From: Gammaproteobacteria bacterium
Lineage (GTDB): Bacteria; Pseudomonadota; Gammaproteobacteria; SZUA-152
Assembly: GCA_050116575.1 (NCBI GenBank)
Contig: JASFOJ010000005.1
Span: 506 to 64,505, forward strand
Length of the DNA: 64,000 nucleotides
Reading direction: 5' to 3'
Of the stretch, positions 62,057 through 64,000 are shown piece by piece (position 1 is the first letter of the stretch; each line of letters starts with the position of its first letter). Both the position numbers and the translations under genes were made by a program. A model generated the notes under the pieces. It was not told the DNA's origin, made no database searches, and saw only the letters and a list, made by a program, of their open reading frames with translations.

Positions 62057-63142
62057 TTAGTCGATGCAGGACTTGCCAAAACGGACAAACGGCGGTTTTA
62101 CCACGCTGGCCTTGAGTTGCTTGTTGCGAATTTCCACCCGGCACTCATCGCCGGTGCCGGCCGGTACCCGGGCAAAGGCAATGGAACGCTTGAGGGTGGG
62201 TGAAAAACTGCCGCTGGTGATTTCCCCTTCGCCAATCCCGTCTACAACGACTTTTTGGTGGGCGCGCAATACGCCCTTGTCCTGCAGGACCAATCCCACC
62301 AGCTTTTGCCCGGCCCCTTGCTGTTTTTGCTGTTCCAGCACGGGACGGCCGATAAAATCGCGCTCTTGCGGTTGCCAGGCCACGGTCCAGCTCAGGGCTG
62401 ATTCCAATGGGGTGGTGGTCTCGTCCATATCCTGGCCATATAAATTCATGCCGGCTTCCAGGCGCAGGGTGTCCCGCGCACCCAGTCCCACCGGCTTGAC
62501 GCCGCTGGCCAGCAGTTGGTCCCACAGGGCAGGGGCGTCGTTGGTGGGCAGTATAATTTCATATCCGTCTTCACCGGTGTAACCGGTACGGGCGATAAAA
62601 AGGTCGCCGCACTGGGTGGCAAAAAAGGGTTTCAGATCGCGGGCGGGATCGGCTTTGCCGGCCAGCACGTGGTGGACTTTATCGCGGGCTTCCGGCCCCT
62701 GTACCGCCAGCATGGCCAGGTCTTCGCGTTCTTCGATGTCGACGTTGTAGGGGGATGCCTGCTGGCGGATCCAGTTGAGGTCTTTTTCCCGGGTGGCCGC
62801 GTTTACCACCATGCGGTACCACCGCTCATCCATAAAATAGGTAATGAGATCGTCAATAATGCCGGCTTGCTCGTTCAGCATGCAGCTGTACAGGGCTTTG
62901 CCCGCTGAAGTGAGCTTGGCGACATCGTTGGCCAGCAAGTGCTGTAAAAACGCGCGGCTTTGTTCACCCTTGATATCCACCACCGTCATATGGGAGACAT
63001 CGAACACGCCGGCATGTTGGCGTACCGTGTGATGTTCTTCAAGTTGCGAGCCGTAATGGATGGGCATGTCCCAACCGGCGAAGTCCACCATTTTCCCGCC
63101 GGCGGCTACGTGTCTTTCGTACAGAGGTGTCTGGTTTGCCAT
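62057..63142 (-). CDS. gcvT: Glycine cleavage aminomethyltransferase
   Basis: [39 protein letters not shown]. Confidence 0.96.
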   Translation of the reverse strand: MANQTPLYERHVAAGGKMVDFAGWDMPIHYGSQLEEHHTVRQHAGVFDVSHMTVVDIKGEQSRAFLQHLLANDVAKLTSAGKALYSCMLNEQAGIIDDLITYFMDERWYRMVVNAATREKDLNWIRQQASPYNVDIEEREDLAMLAVQGPEARDKVHHVLAGKADPARDLKPFFATQCGDLFIARTGYTGEDGYEIILPTNDAPALWDQLLASGVKPVGLGARDTLRLEAGMNLYGQDMDETTTPLESALSWTVAWQPQERDFIGRPVLEQQKQQGAGQKLVGLVLQDKGVLRAHQKVVVDGIGEGEITSGSFSPTLKRSIAFARVPAGTGDECRVEIRNKQLKASVVKPPFVRFGKSCID

Positions 63143-63199
63143 TGGTTATCCCACCTGGTTTTGAGTCATCGTTTTGGCCTGCGAAATGTGCACAGCCGT

Positions 63200-63251
63200 A
63201 AAACAAAAAAGGGCGGTAGAATTCGATTGTTAGAATAGAATTCTACCGCCC
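63200..63251 (-). terminator. Riboswitch expression-platform terminator upstream of gcvT
   Basis: RNA GGGCGGUAGAAUUC-13 nt-GAAUUCUACCGCCC-UUUUUUGUUUU; the 5' arm abuts or overlaps the 3' strand of aptamer-2 P1. Confidence 0.85.
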
Positions 63252-63642
63252 CTCTGTCCTCGGTAACCTGAGAGTTAAACCCCTGCCGACCATGATTGCC
63301 TGCTAAGGCCAATCGAGGTGGCAAGTGCCTGCCCCTTCGGTGGGTCGCGTTTATCAGAACGCTGACCGCTCTCCAGAGTCAACTATGTCTGTGGTTCTTT
63401 TGCCTGAGCGATTCCGGGCGAGTTGCGCCTTCGGCGACGGCCAGTTGATCACAACATTTCATGTTTCGGTGTTGTGGCGCCATATCCGCACTTCTATGAC
63501 ACAGGATAAAGGTATTATCCTGTCTAGTGATTAATATATTTTAATCGGCTATTTTAGAAGTTGCAGATTGCCGCGGGTTTCGTTACCGTTAGTCCCGCGG
63601 GTACGCGCTGTTGCCAGCATCAATTGCCGTTCTCTCCCACAG
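63250..63642 (-). ncRNA. Tandem glycine riboswitch (aptamer 1 with a very large P2 insertion)
   Basis: Minus strand. Aptamer 1: CUGUGGGAGAG...CGCCGAAGGCGCAA...CGCUCAGGCAAAAGAACCACAG. Aptamer 2: GACUCUGGAGAG...CACCGAAGGGGCA...CUCUCAGGU...GGACAGAG. Lies upstream of gcvT. Confidence 0.92.
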
Positions 63643-64000
63643 CAATACGTTGATTGAAAGGCTAAATCATAACGTGACTTGGGTTCAAAACCAAGGCAGA
63701 ACAAAGAGATATTTTGTGGATACCGCCGATGCCCCCGATTCAGGGTGTGACACTAAGCGCAATTCCCAAAATATCTTATTGAAATGTAAAAATAATATGC
63801 GTATCCTCTAAGTAGTTTCTATGCCGCGCAGGGAGGATCGGAAATAACGATTTTGCGCGGTTGGGTAGTAATGGAGACGGGCCATTACTTTGTTTGGGTT
63901 CCACAGTATTTCCAGGACGCCAGGCACATCAGTCCGATATATGGCTGTTTATTAATCACTCTCCGCTTTTGTGACAATAATAACTAAGTGAACAGCGGAA

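Noticed and set aside
63660-64000. Possible gene at the right edge
   Set aside because: No credible ORF or motif; appears to be promoter or intergenic DNA upstream of the gcv leader.

Overview
A mostly housekeeping chromosomal window from a GC-moderate gammaproteobacterium. It is probably a marine or sediment, Chromatiales-like facultative autotroph; this is inferred from a proteobacterial phosphoribulokinase, split gcvPA/gcvPB and gene style. In order it holds: a beta-oxidation operon (permuted NlpC/P60 hydrolase-fadE-fadI-fadJ-fadD-yciA); prk; smg-dprA-LysM; def-fmt-rsmB-DUF4390-NtrY/NtrX-like-trkA-trkH; cysB; cheX; a truncated haemoglobin; an lpxL-like gene; ttcA; rhodanese; metH; DAHP synthase; an alkA-like gene; ibpA; several hypothetical lipoproteins; zapE; lgt-thyA-folA; rlmI; YyaL; and a gcvT-H-PA-tpx-PB-dgkA-kinase operon. 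I saw no rRNA, tRNA, CRISPR array, transposase, integrase or phage genes. The most notable signals are non-coding or contextual. (1) A tandem glycine riboswitch has a ~170-nt multi-hairpin insertion in P2 of its first aptamer. (2) A c-di-GMP-I riboswitch has only a small unknown ORF downstream. (3) A family of inverted-repeat elements built from (ACGCAAAG)x3 arms occurs as 2 clear copies and 1 degenerate copy. (4) A thiol peroxidase sits between gcvPA and gcvPB. (5) A permuted papain-like hydrolase heads the fad operon. (6) A lipoprotein carries a duplicated four-cysteine module. (7) A ROSE thermometer and sigma32 promoter precede ibpA. All product calls come from motif recognition by eye; no searches were run.
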